From positions 1 to 26,980 of the forward strand of contig CAZITB010000024.1 in the NCBI GenBank assembly GCA_964542055.1: a DNA stretch of 26,980 nt. The letters run 5' to 3'. Made by a program: the position numbers and the translations under genes. How positions within the stretch are numbered: the stretch's first letter is position 1; the number at the start of each line of letters is the position of its first letter. Source of the stretch: an uncultured Candidatus Kuenenia sp. (GTDB lineage: Bacteria; Planctomycetota; Phycisphaerae; Sedimentisphaerales; CAMDDF01). The notes under the pieces are model-generated. The model made no database searches and was not told where the DNA came from. It worked only from the letters and a program-made list of their open reading frames with translations. Of the stretch, positions 8,530 through 16,166 are shown in pieces.

Positions 8530-9009
8530 TTATGGAAATGGACTTGGCCGGTTGGGGTATTTTCGTAAAATGGCAAAGCGAGGAAATTTTCCTGGGGGGA
8601 CGCCTTGGTGTTCTAGTTTTTGGGGGCTTTTGAAGCCGAATCGCTGGTAAAAATTTGGATCGCCGACAAGAACGCAACCTTTTGCACCCCTGTCCTTTAA
8701 AATGCGGATACCTTCATTTATCAGCTTTGTTCCGATGCCTTGCCGCTGGAGGGCAGGTATTACAGATATCGGGCCTATGCCGTACCAGTTCAGGCTGCTA
8801 TCTGTAAACGTTACCGGTGAGAAGGCGATGTGCCCTACAACTTTACCATCCGTCTCGGCTACAAGAGAAAGGCTCAGGGCATCGGCGGCTCGCAAGGCAT
8901 TTATAATAAATTGCTCGGTGTTACGGCTGTATGGATGATTTTCAAATGCGGCCTTGGTAATTTCCGTAATTTGATCCCAATCGTCAGGGGTTTCGGGGCG
9001 GATCATCAT
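8530..9009 (-). CDS. GNAT family N-acetyltransferase.
   Basis: 159 aa. Acetyl-CoA binding motif A QRQGIGTKLINEG and the conserved fold pattern VVGHIAFSPV ... GCVLVGDPNFYQRFGF. Confidence 0.8.
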   Translation of the reverse strand: MMIRPETPDDWDQITEITKAAFENHPYSRNTEQFIINALRAADALSLSLVAETDGKVVGHIAFSPVTFTDSSLNWYGIGPISVIPALQRQGIGTKLINEGIRILKDRGAKGCVLVGDPNFYQRFGFKSPQKLEHQGVPPGKFPRFAILRKYPNRPSPFP

Positions 9010-9107
9010 TTTTTAAACCTTTCCTAGAGCTTGTTGAAGATATAAAGTATCTACAGGGCATACTATACATTTGGTTCTATTTGTTGCAAGCAGATTTGTT
9101 TTTGAAT

Positions 9108-9299
9108 TTATTCAATAATGTCAATCGCGTTTGAAGGACAAGAACGTTGAGCCTTTCGGCATGCGGACTTTTGCTCTTCTGATATCGGTTGCTGGTAAAC
9201 CTGCATGGCTCCCTCTGTGCCTTCCCCAAAAACATCCGGACAAATCTTCTGACAAATTCCTGTTAATCTACAAATTTCCTTATTTATGAATACTTTCAT
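9108..9299 (-). CDS. Small single-cluster 4Fe-4S (or 3Fe-4S) ferredoxin.
   Basis: 63 aa with the cysteine pattern CxxxGxCxxxCP...CP (ICRLTGICQKICPDVF ... SCPSNAI), typical of ~60-aa bacterial ferredoxins. Confidence 0.75.
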   Translation of the reverse strand: MKVFINKEICRLTGICQKICPDVFGEGTEGAMQVYQQPISEEQKSACRKAQRSCPSNAIDIIE

Positions 9300-9416
9300 C
9301 TCTGAAACTCATTTAAAAATCTTTAATACTCCTTGTAATTTATATTATAACAATATTTTTTTTCCAAAAAATAAGGGATTTCCTGAAAAGAGAGTATCCG
9401 AATGCTTTAGTTTCCT

Positions 9417-10067
9417 TTAAGACAAATCGACGGAAGTTATACCTTCTTTTATGGCATACTTTGTGAGATTTGCCAGGCTGTCCAGATCAAGCTTGTTCAT
9501 TATTCTTGTTCGGTGGCCTTCTACGGTTTTTGGGCTGATGTGGAGAATCATGCCTATTTGTTTGGTCGTCTTGCCTTCGGCGAGCAACTGAAGGACCTCA
9601 CGCTCCCGGTCGGATAACTTCGCAAAGACATTTGAATTGGCTTCGCTATTGATCATATAATTTTCGACAACGATACCGGTTATGGCTGGGCTGATGTAGT
9701 TTTTGTCATCGACTACTATTCTAATGGCATCAATCAGTTCCTGGTATTCACAATCTTTAAGTAGATATCCCTTTGCGCCGGCCCTGAACATTTCATGTAT
9801 CATCTTTTTATTAGAGTGCATCGATAAGGCTATTATCCTGGTATTTGGGAACTCTTTTGAAATCTGGCGTGTCGCCTCTATTCCGTTTAGTTCGGGCATG
9901 GCGATATCCATGATCACCACGTCTGGTGAAGTTTCTTTAACCATCTGCAGAATCTGATGGCCATTTTCCGCTTCTCCAATTACCTGCATATCGTTTTCGT
10001 TATCAAATGCCTGAGCCAATCCATGTCTTAAAACTTTGTGGTCATCTGCCAAAGCTATCCTGATCAT
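9417..10067 (-). CDS. NarL/FixJ (LuxR-type HTH) two-component response regulator.
   Basis: REC domain with the DD...D...K pattern (IALADDH, VVIMDIAMP, IIALS, AKGYLLK). C-terminal LuxR HTH (LSDREREVLQLLAEGKTTKQIGMILHISPKTVEGHRTRIMNKL). 19 bp downstream of the kinase gene. Confidence 0.9.
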   Translation of the reverse strand: MIRIALADDHKVLRHGLAQAFDNENDMQVIGEAENGHQILQMVKETSPDVVIMDIAMPELNGIEATRQISKEFPNTRIIALSMHSNKKMIHEMFRAGAKGYLLKDCEYQELIDAIRIVVDDKNYISPAITGIVVENYMINSEANSNVFAKLSDREREVLQLLAEGKTTKQIGMILHISPKTVEGHRTRIMNKLDLDSLANLTKYAIKEGITSVDLS

Positions 10068-10086
10068 CCTGACATCCTTTCTGTTA

Positions 10087-13000
10087 TTAAAAATCGGCGG
10101 GCACAGATAGATTTACCTCGGTGCCTTTGCCTTGTACTGATTCAATTTTCACTTTTCCTCCCACATTGCTGATCCTTTCTTCCAAACTGAAAAGCCCGTA
10201 TCCTCTTGCTTTCTTTTTCGAGTTTAATCTTTTTACATCAAAGCCCCTGCCGTTATCTTTTACACGAACTTTTAGCTTTCCATCCAGACAAGCGAGGGCA
10301 ATTTGAACTTCACTGGCCTGGCTGTGTTTGGAGACATTGACAAGAAGTTCCCTAATAGTCCTGTAAATCAGAATTTTCAGTTCCTCGGAGATATCCTTCA
10401 TATCGCCGCTGCTGTGGAAATGTATTTGATATTCATTTTTATTAGAAAACTCTTCGGCAAGTTCTTCAATGGCAGCTTCAAGACCTAACGTATAAAGAGT
10501 AGCTGAGCTCAAGTCAAAAGTCAATGTCCTGGTCTGGTTAACGGCTTCTTTGATTTGCATCCACACCTCTTCAAGTGAAGGCCTGATATCTTCGGGGGCT
10601 TTTTTCATTATGATGCCAAGTTCCTTCTTAGAAAATGACAGTAACTGCCCGATCGAATCGTGAAGTTTTAGTGCGAAGTCTCTCTTTTCTCTTTCTTCTG
10701 CAAAGATCAGTTCTGAAGAAAGGTCTCTTAGCCTGGTTTGGTTTTCAAGTAATTTCTTCTCAGCCTCTACCCTGGACAAAACTTCATCCTGGAGAACTTC
10801 TACTGTTTTTTGCAGCTGGTAAGTCCTGTCGCGTACACGTGATTCAAGGACTTTATTGAGATCCCTTAGCTTTTGTTCGCTTTGGCGCAATGCTACTTCA
10901 GCTTTGTGTACTTGCGTCATATCAATAGCGATACTTACGTGGAAATCCTGGCCGGGATCCACTAATGCTGCAGCACCTAGATATGGAGTTTGACCGCCGT
11001 CAGGTTTGATAAATACTCTCTCATATCCAGCTATTTTACCCTCTCTGAAAAGCTTTTCTGTAAAGTACTTTTGTTCAGCCAGCGATTCAGGGGCTAAGCA
11101 TTGGACCCAGTTTATTTTACCCGCCTCGTAATCCTCTCGGGTGTAGCCCATCATCCGAAGCATTTCGTCATTTACATAAGAGATGTTTCCATCGGTATCC
11201 CCAAAAGCAACTCCTATAAGATTAGCATCTGCGATTCGTCGATATATGGCTTCACTTCTTTTCAAGGCTTCTTCGGTTTCCTTGCGCTGAGTTATATCCT
11301 GTGTTGTCCCAAAGCCGCTTATAATCTGGCCGTTTTCCCCATATTCCAGTTCTGCCCTTTCCAAGACCCATTTGATTTCGCTGCCTACAACAATACGATG
11401 TTCTAAATAGTAGTAGTCCTGATTTAAAGACTTCCAAATATCATTAATCATTTCCCTGTCATCAGGATGAACGATATTTAAAAAATCTTCATAGGTAACT
11501 TTTTGTCCTTTTGGTATTCCAAAGATTCGATAAGTCTCATCTGACCAGCTAAACTGCTTTGTCTTAATATCAAATCTCCAACTGCCCAATTTTGCTACTT
11601 TTTGGGCGGTCTTTAAATCATCAGTGCTACTTTGGAGTTTTTTCTCCATCTGTCTGGATTCAGTAACATCTCGGATGATTTTCAGTTTAGAAGGTTGATC
11701 GGCTCCAAGCTGCAGAAAAGGTACTTCTACGGCATCATAAATTCTGTTATTTGAGGGACAGGTAAATTCTCGTATTATGTTCTTTCCTTGAATTACTTCT
11801 TCGAAGGCACAGTTTTCGCATGGTTGTGAATAACCGTAAAGATACTCAAAACATTTACGATTGTTTATAGAGCCGAAAATTTTTCGCATAGCTGGATTTA
11901 TGTATTCAATTTTATGCTCTTGATTGACTATATAAATTCCATCGGGTATAGCGTCGAGGATTTTTCTGGTTTTTTCGTACTCGTCATAAATTGCTTTAGT
12001 ATTAAGAAAATCCCTCAAACTTATGTTAATTAACTCGTTAAAAGCTGATATAAGTCTAAGATCATTTTTATTGAATGTTTCTTTTCTGGCAAGGGCGAAA
12101 ATTCCACAGACCTGTTCATTTATCAGCAGTGGAGATAAAGCCAAGTTTAAACTTGCATTTTCCTTGCCTTGAGCTCTGATGACCATTTTTTTATATTCGA
12201 CGACTTCATTTATATATGTTTTTAAATCCTGGCTGTTTAGCTTTTCTTTAAACGAATCTTCATTCGGAACATAAACATCGGTGTAATTTTTTTTGTAATT
12301 TGAAAGCATTGTTATCGCTGAATTGTCAATATTTAAAAGTTTGTTACAATCTTTCAAAATCGACTGAGCAACAGTTTCGAATTTCTGGCCGGTTAGAACG
12401 TGTCGGTTTGACGTTAGAAGAGCTTCAACTTCAGAAGTTCTGGATTTGGCTGCCTCAAGGGCTTTGTTTAATACGATTTCATTTTTTTTAAGATCACCAA
12501 ACAGTGTATTATAAGGATTTTCAAGTTGCGTCTTGATCAGGGCCCGGTAAAGCAGATAGAAAGCTACAATCTTAAAAAAATGACCTAATATTATGATGTA
12601 CTCGTAAACATTGGTGTATAAGGTGAAGAAAATTTCTGAAGCAGTGGAAAATAACAGGCTTAATACCAAATATATTGATATGGATTTTTCGAAACGGCTT
12701 CGGTTAAAAAAAATAAGGATCGCTGCTGAAACGAAAATCGCGCAAATGATATATTCACTGATAATTTTAAAAGTTGTCAGCCCCTGTCCTTCGATCAGGC
12801 AGTCTGGGAAAATTTTCCAGTTAAAAATGGAAAGGATTATCAATGTACATATAATCGAATAAGACAGAAAAACTGCATGTTTGTTGACTTTCCTGCTAAA
12901 GTAAAAAGAGGCAATCAAAAAAGTTAAACCATGTATGTATCTTGCTGCTATCCAAAGCTGAGTTGGGGTATTTGCTTCTTCGGCAAAAACTCCCATTCCT

Positions 13001-13254
13001 TCATAAGAAAGTGTATGCAGAAGATCAAAAATTCCAATAAAGAAAAAAGCAATACCTATAAATGTCAGAAAGCTGTTTTTGGCGAATTTCTGGCTGCTCC
13101 AGACAATTACAAACATCGCAACTGCAACTGCAATGCTAAACAGTTCCACAATAGTATGAAAAAGAAGGAAGTTAAACGTGCTGATCCAGTAAAGCAACCA
13201 TAAGAAAACAGCAGAGTAAAATAAAAACCATAATTTGTCTTTTTTGACTTCCAT
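10087..13254 (-). CDS. Large hybrid-architecture sensor histidine kinase: polytopic membrane sensor domain, GAF, multiple PAS domains, HisKA_3 and HATPase_c.
   Basis: ~8 hydrophobic helices at the N-terminus. A GAF-like segment and at least three PAS-like segments follow. H-box KLHDSIGQLLS is NarL-partner HisKA_3 type. ATPase motifs DNGRGFD and GYGL. The start is placed at the ATG at 13254 (MEVKKDKL...) because the predicted promoter (-10 at 13313-13318) lies inside the longer 13377 ORF extension. Confidence 0.85.
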   Translation of the reverse strand: MEVKKDKLWFLFYSAVFLWLLYWISTFNFLLFHTIVELFSIAVAVAMFVIVWSSQKFAKNSFLTFIGIAFFFIGIFDLLHTLSYEGMGVFAEEANTPTQLWIAARYIHGLTFLIASFYFSRKVNKHAVFLSYSIICTLIILSIFNWKIFPDCLIEGQGLTTFKIISEYIICAIFVSAAILIFFNRSRFEKSISIYLVLSLLFSTASEIFFTLYTNVYEYIIILGHFFKIVAFYLLYRALIKTQLENPYNTLFGDLKKNEIVLNKALEAAKSRTSEVEALLTSNRHVLTGQKFETVAQSILKDCNKLLNIDNSAITMLSNYKKNYTDVYVPNEDSFKEKLNSQDLKTYINEVVEYKKMVIRAQGKENASLNLALSPLLINEQVCGIFALARKETFNKNDLRLISAFNELINISLRDFLNTKAIYDEYEKTRKILDAIPDGIYIVNQEHKIEYINPAMRKIFGSINNRKCFEYLYGYSQPCENCAFEEVIQGKNIIREFTCPSNNRIYDAVEVPFLQLGADQPSKLKIIRDVTESRQMEKKLQSSTDDLKTAQKVAKLGSWRFDIKTKQFSWSDETYRIFGIPKGQKVTYEDFLNIVHPDDREMINDIWKSLNQDYYYLEHRIVVGSEIKWVLERAELEYGENGQIISGFGTTQDITQRKETEEALKRSEAIYRRIADANLIGVAFGDTDGNISYVNDEMLRMMGYTREDYEAGKINWVQCLAPESLAEQKYFTEKLFREGKIAGYERVFIKPDGGQTPYLGAAALVDPGQDFHVSIAIDMTQVHKAEVALRQSEQKLRDLNKVLESRVRDRTYQLQKTVEVLQDEVLSRVEAEKKLLENQTRLRDLSSELIFAEEREKRDFALKLHDSIGQLLSFSKKELGIIMKKAPEDIRPSLEEVWMQIKEAVNQTRTLTFDLSSATLYTLGLEAAIEELAEEFSNKNEYQIHFHSSGDMKDISEELKILIYRTIRELLVNVSKHSQASEVQIALACLDGKLKVRVKDNGRGFDVKRLNSKKKARGYGLFSLEERISNVGGKVKIESVQGKGTEVNLSVPADF

Positions 13255-13291
13255 GGATAGCACATATTCAAAAAATTTAGAGACCGTTAAA

Positions 13292-13312
13292 ATCCTGAAT
13301 CCTGAATCCTGA
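13292..13312. repeat. Perfect tandem heptamer (ATCCTGA)x3. On the minus strand this reads TCAGGAT x3.
   Basis: It was read directly in the sequence, immediately adjacent to the kinase -10 element in the divergent kinase/trpB2 intergenic region. Confidence 0.9.
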
Positions 13313-13340
13313 ATTATACCACAATTATCGAATAAATCAA
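13313..13340 (-). promoter_or_regulatory. Sigma70-like promoter for the sensor kinase operon (minus strand): TTGATT, 16 bp spacer, TGgTATAAT extended -10.
   Basis: The reverse complement of 13335-13340 is TTGATT. The reverse complement of 13313-13318 is TATAAT, preceded by TGG. The predicted TSS falls inside the heptamer repeat at 13292-13312. Confidence 0.5.
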
Positions 13341-13376
13341 CATATAAGAAGTTGACAATTTTTCTCTGATAAATCA

Positions 13377-13405
13377 TTGAATTATCAATTGAAATACTGT
13401 ATAAT
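13377..13405 (+). promoter_or_regulatory. Sigma70-like promoter for trpB2: TTGAAT, 17 bp spacer, TATAAT.
   Basis: TTGAAT at 13377-13382 and TATAAT at 13400-13405. The ATG is at 13443. Confidence 0.55.
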
Positions 13406-13442
13406 TTTTCGAAATTTGATTATTTCTGAATTGGAGTTATTT

Positions 13443-14831
13443 ATGGATAGAAAAATTCTTTTAAATGAAAAGGATATTCCGCGTCAATGGTATAATCTGG
13501 CTGCTGACCTTCCAAATCCTCCTCAGCCGCCGCTGGGACCTGATGGCAAACCTATCACTCCTGAAATGCTTGCACCTGTATTTCCGATGAATATTATCGA
13601 ACAGGAAGTCAGTACTCAAAGATGGATAGATATACCGGAAGAAATACTTGATATTTTATACAGATGGAGACCGGCACCTCTCAGGCGAGCGGTTTACCTG
13701 GAAAGGTATCTCGATACTCCGGCAAAGATATACTACAAGGATGAAAGTACTTCACCGGCGGGCAGCCATAAACCCAATACTGCCGTTGCCCAGGCCTGGT
13801 ATAATAAACAGTTCGGTATTGAAAGGATCACCACTGAAACCGGAGCCGGGCAATGGGGATCTGCACTTGCTTTTGCGTGTCAGCTTATTGGCCTGGAATG
13901 TAAGGTTTTCATGGTGCGGATCAGTTTTGATCAGAAACCGTTTAGAAAATTTATGATGAATGTCTGGGGTGCTAATTGTGTGGCAAGCCCAAGCAGTGAG
14001 ACTAAAACCGGGCAGAAGATACTGGAAGAACAACCTGATACTCCGGGTTCACTTGGAATTGCTATTTCAGAAGCTGTTGAACAAGCAGTTACTGATGAAA
14101 CCGGCAAAACCAAATATTCGCTTGGTAGCGTTTTGAATCATGTAATGCTCCACCAAAGTATTATTGGGCTGGAAGCGAAAAAACAGCTTGCGATGGTTGG
14201 CGTGGACAAGCCAGATATTGTAATTGGCTGTGCAGGGGGCGGAAGTAATTTTGCGGGTATTTCGTTCCCGTTTGTAGCGGATAAAATCAATGGAGCCGAT
14301 ATCGAGATCATACCGGTGGAACCGACAGCATGTCCGACATTGACCAAGGCACCTTTTGCTTATGACCATGGCGATACGGCATGTATGACTCCTCTGCTTG
14401 CGATGCATTCGCTCGGTCATGCGTTTGTACCGGCACCTTTCCATGCCGGCGGGCTGCGTTATCATGGTATGGCACCGCTTGTGAGCCAGGCTGCAGTGGA
14501 AGGGCTTCTTACGCCAAGGTCTTATAATCAGCTGAAATGTTATGAAGCTGCGATGACCTGGGCAAATACTGAAGGAACGATCTGTGCTCCAGAAACCAGC
14601 CATGCCATTGCAGGTGCCATTGATGAAGCACTAAAAGCCAAAGAAGAAGGCAAAGAAAAGAATATTCTGTTCTGTTATTCGGGACATGGCTTGATGGACC
14701 TTACCGGATATGATGCTTATCTATCTGGTAAACTTACCGATTATGAACTTTCTCAGGAAGATTTTGATAAGTTCACATCGTGTTTTAAAGATATGCCAAA
14801 GCCGCCTGTTAATAAAAGTGGTAAGTGGTAA
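13443..14831 (+). CDS. trpB: TrpB2-type tryptophan synthase beta-like PLP-dependent enzyme, stand-alone.
   Basis: PLP-lysine motif SPAGSHKPNTA. A glycine-rich loop GCAGGGSNFAG. Length ~462 aa with the N-terminal extension typical of TrpB2. GGAG RBS 7 nt upstream of the ATG at 13443. No trpA is adjacent. The ORF-track start at 13377 is upstream of the predicted promoter. Confidence 0.85.
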   Translation: MDRKILLNEKDIPRQWYNLAADLPNPPQPPLGPDGKPITPEMLAPVFPMNIIEQEVSTQRWIDIPEEILDILYRWRPAPLRRAVYLERYLDTPAKIYYKDESTSPAGSHKPNTAVAQAWYNKQFGIERITTETGAGQWGSALAFACQLIGLECKVFMVRISFDQKPFRKFMMNVWGANCVASPSSETKTGQKILEEQPDTPGSLGIAISEAVEQAVTDETGKTKYSLGSVLNHVMLHQSIIGLEAKKQLAMVGVDKPDIVIGCAGGGSNFAGISFPFVADKINGADIEIIPVEPTACPTLTKAPFAYDHGDTACMTPLLAMHSLGHAFVPAPFHAGGLRYHGMAPLVSQAAVEGLLTPRSYNQLKCYEAAMTWANTEGTICAPETSHAIAGAIDEALKAKEEGKEKNILFCYSGHGLMDLTGYDAYLSGKLTDYELSQEDFDKFTSCFKDMPKPPVNKSGKW

Positions 14832-14851
14832 AAAGATTTTATTAAAAGCAT

Positions 14852-14893
14852 AAACCCCTGTGAGATTAATTTCTTTCAGGGGTTTTCTTTTGA
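14852..14893. terminator. Bidirectional rho-independent terminator between the convergent trpB2 and DEAD-box helicase genes.
   Basis: Stem AAACCCCTG (14852-14860) pairs with CAGGGGTTT (14877-14885) across a 16-nt loop. TCTTTTG follows on the plus strand and an A-rich run (TTAAAAGCATAA) precedes it, giving a U-run on either strand. The helicase stop codon lies in the loop. Confidence 0.6.
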
Positions 14894-16095
14894 GTAGATT
14901 TATTTTTTCTTTTGAATGGTCCCGACCTTTTCTTGCCTTTGAAAGTCCTTTTACTGCTTTTCTTGCCGGTCCTTACATTTTCCAGATCAGGTTTTTCGCC
15001 GATCCATTTGGGAGTTATATTACTGTTTTTGATGATAGATTTTAGAACACTTAAGTCACTGTTGCCATAAAAGGTTACTGCCGTTCCCTTTCTGCCCATT
15101 CTGGCGGTTCTGCCTGTTCTATGGGTGTATATTTCTGGATTGTCCGGGAAATCATAATTTATGACATGTGTAACTTCGCTGAAATCGAGCCCCCTGCTTG
15201 CGATATCGGTTGCGACGATGTACTGAATCTTTTTCTTTTTAAATCTATTGAAAATTGAACTTCTTTTGCTCTGCTCAATGCCGCCATGTATCATTTCGCA
15301 AGATGAAAACTTTTCTTTCAACTGGTCATAGGTTCTTTCGCAGTTAGACCTTGATTTACAGAAAATTATTGCCTGCTCAGGCTTTTCGCTGTCGAGGTAA
15401 TTGCATAATTTTTCAATTTTTTTTCGGCCGAACGCTTTTAGAAAGACATGATCCAAACTCTGAGGGGATACCTGATCTAAATTCAATTCAACAACAACAG
15501 GGTCTTTGAGATATTTCTTTGCTAATTTTTTTATGCTTTCGGGCATTGTAGCAGAAAAAAGAAGAGTTTGATGTTCGTGGACCAAACATGAAAATATAAA
15601 TTCAATATCGGTTAAAAAACCCATATTCAGCATTTCATCTGCTTCATCGAGAACAAATGTTCTAACCTCTGACAGACTTAAAGGGCTGTTGTAGAGCAGG
15701 TCTATCAAACGTCCGGGAGTAGCAACAAGGACATGTACTCCGTGTTCGAGTTTCGCCTTTTGTGTATGAATAGAAAATCCACCGTAAACCGCAAATGGTG
15801 CAATTTTATTGAATTTGCATAGATCAGCAATCGAGCTTACATATTGCAAGGCAAGCTCACGCGTTGGAACCATTACGAGTGCCTGAACAGCTTTAAGATC
15901 GGGATCGACAGCTTGTACTATCGGGACCCCGCAAGCGGAAGTTTTTCCTGAACCGGTTTCAGCCAGACCGATCATATCTTTGCCGGCAATTATTTCACTG
16001 TAAGTCTTCTCCTGTATAGGGGTCAGGTCTTCATAGCCAAGCTTTTCCAGCGCTTTTAAAATCTCGGGCTTAAGTTCTAAATCTGTGAATTTCAT
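14866..16095 (-). CDS. DEAD-box ATP-dependent RNA helicase with a basic C-terminal tail.
   Basis: Q-motif region (FTDLELKPEIL...TPIQ), motif I AETGSGKT, motif II VLDEADEM, motif III SAT and motif VI HRTGRTAR. Lys/Arg-rich C-terminus. The start is placed at the ATG at 16095 (MKFTDLEL...), since the longer ORF has no support. Confidence 0.9.
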   Translation of the reverse strand: MKFTDLELKPEILKALEKLGYEDLTPIQEKTYSEIIAGKDMIGLAETGSGKTSACGVPIVQAVDPDLKAVQALVMVPTRELALQYVSSIADLCKFNKIAPFAVYGGFSIHTQKAKLEHGVHVLVATPGRLIDLLYNSPLSLSEVRTFVLDEADEMLNMGFLTDIEFIFSCLVHEHQTLLFSATMPESIKKLAKKYLKDPVVVELNLDQVSPQSLDHVFLKAFGRKKIEKLCNYLDSEKPEQAIIFCKSRSNCERTYDQLKEKFSSCEMIHGGIEQSKRSSIFNRFKKKKIQYIVATDIASRGLDFSEVTHVINYDFPDNPEIYTHRTGRTARMGRKGTAVTFYGNSDLSVLKSIIKNSNITPKWIGEKPDLENVRTGKKSSKRTFKGKKRSGPFKRKNKSTQKKTPERN

Positions 16096-16127
16096 GAAAT
16101 TCTTGTTTCCAGTTTTATATGTGAAAT

Positions 16128-16155
16128 TACCTCCGGCTAATATCAACCGGAGGTA
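16128..16155 (-). other. Stable 9-bp stem-loop (TACCTCCGG ... CCGGAGGTA) lying 3' of the flotillin gene, in the leader of the DEAD-box helicase gene.
   Basis: Perfect inverted repeat with a 10-nt loop. It lies 33 nt upstream of the helicase ATG and 11 nt past the flotillin stop. It is followed by an AU-rich stretch rather than a clean U-run. Confidence 0.5.
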
Positions 16156-16166
16156 TAACAATTACA

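Noticed and set aside
8495-9027. Small ORFs 8495-8677(-), 8702-8938(+) and 8830-9027(+) overlapping the GNAT gene
   Set aside because: All overlap the GNAT coding region or its 3' flank in other frames. Their translations are Pro/Arg-rich or otherwise non-protein-like.
9010-9107. Short inverted repeat GCTTG...CAAGC between the GNAT and ferredoxin genes
   Set aside because: Only 5 bp of complementarity. It is too weak to call a terminator or operator.
13292-13312. CsrA-binding-site interpretation of the TCAGGAT repeats
   Set aside because: The motif lacks the spacer nucleotide of the A-N-GGA consensus, and the TSS position is unknown. It is kept only as a secondary possibility within the operator finding.
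13255-13377. Longer 13377 start for the sensor kinase, and 13377 start for trpB2 as given by the ORF track
   Set aside because: Both extensions run through the divergent promoter elements and the heptamer repeat. The first ATGs after the predicted TSSs are 13254 (minus strand) and 13443 (plus strand, with a GGAG RBS). The extensions are most likely read-through of non-coding sequence.
14067-14603. 178-aa minus-strand ORF inside trpB2 (and smaller ones at 13648-13956, 13752-14033, 13931-14113, 14138-14347)
   Set aside because: Antisense or alternate-frame shadows of the trpB2 gene. Cys/Arg/His-rich nonsense composition with no motifs.
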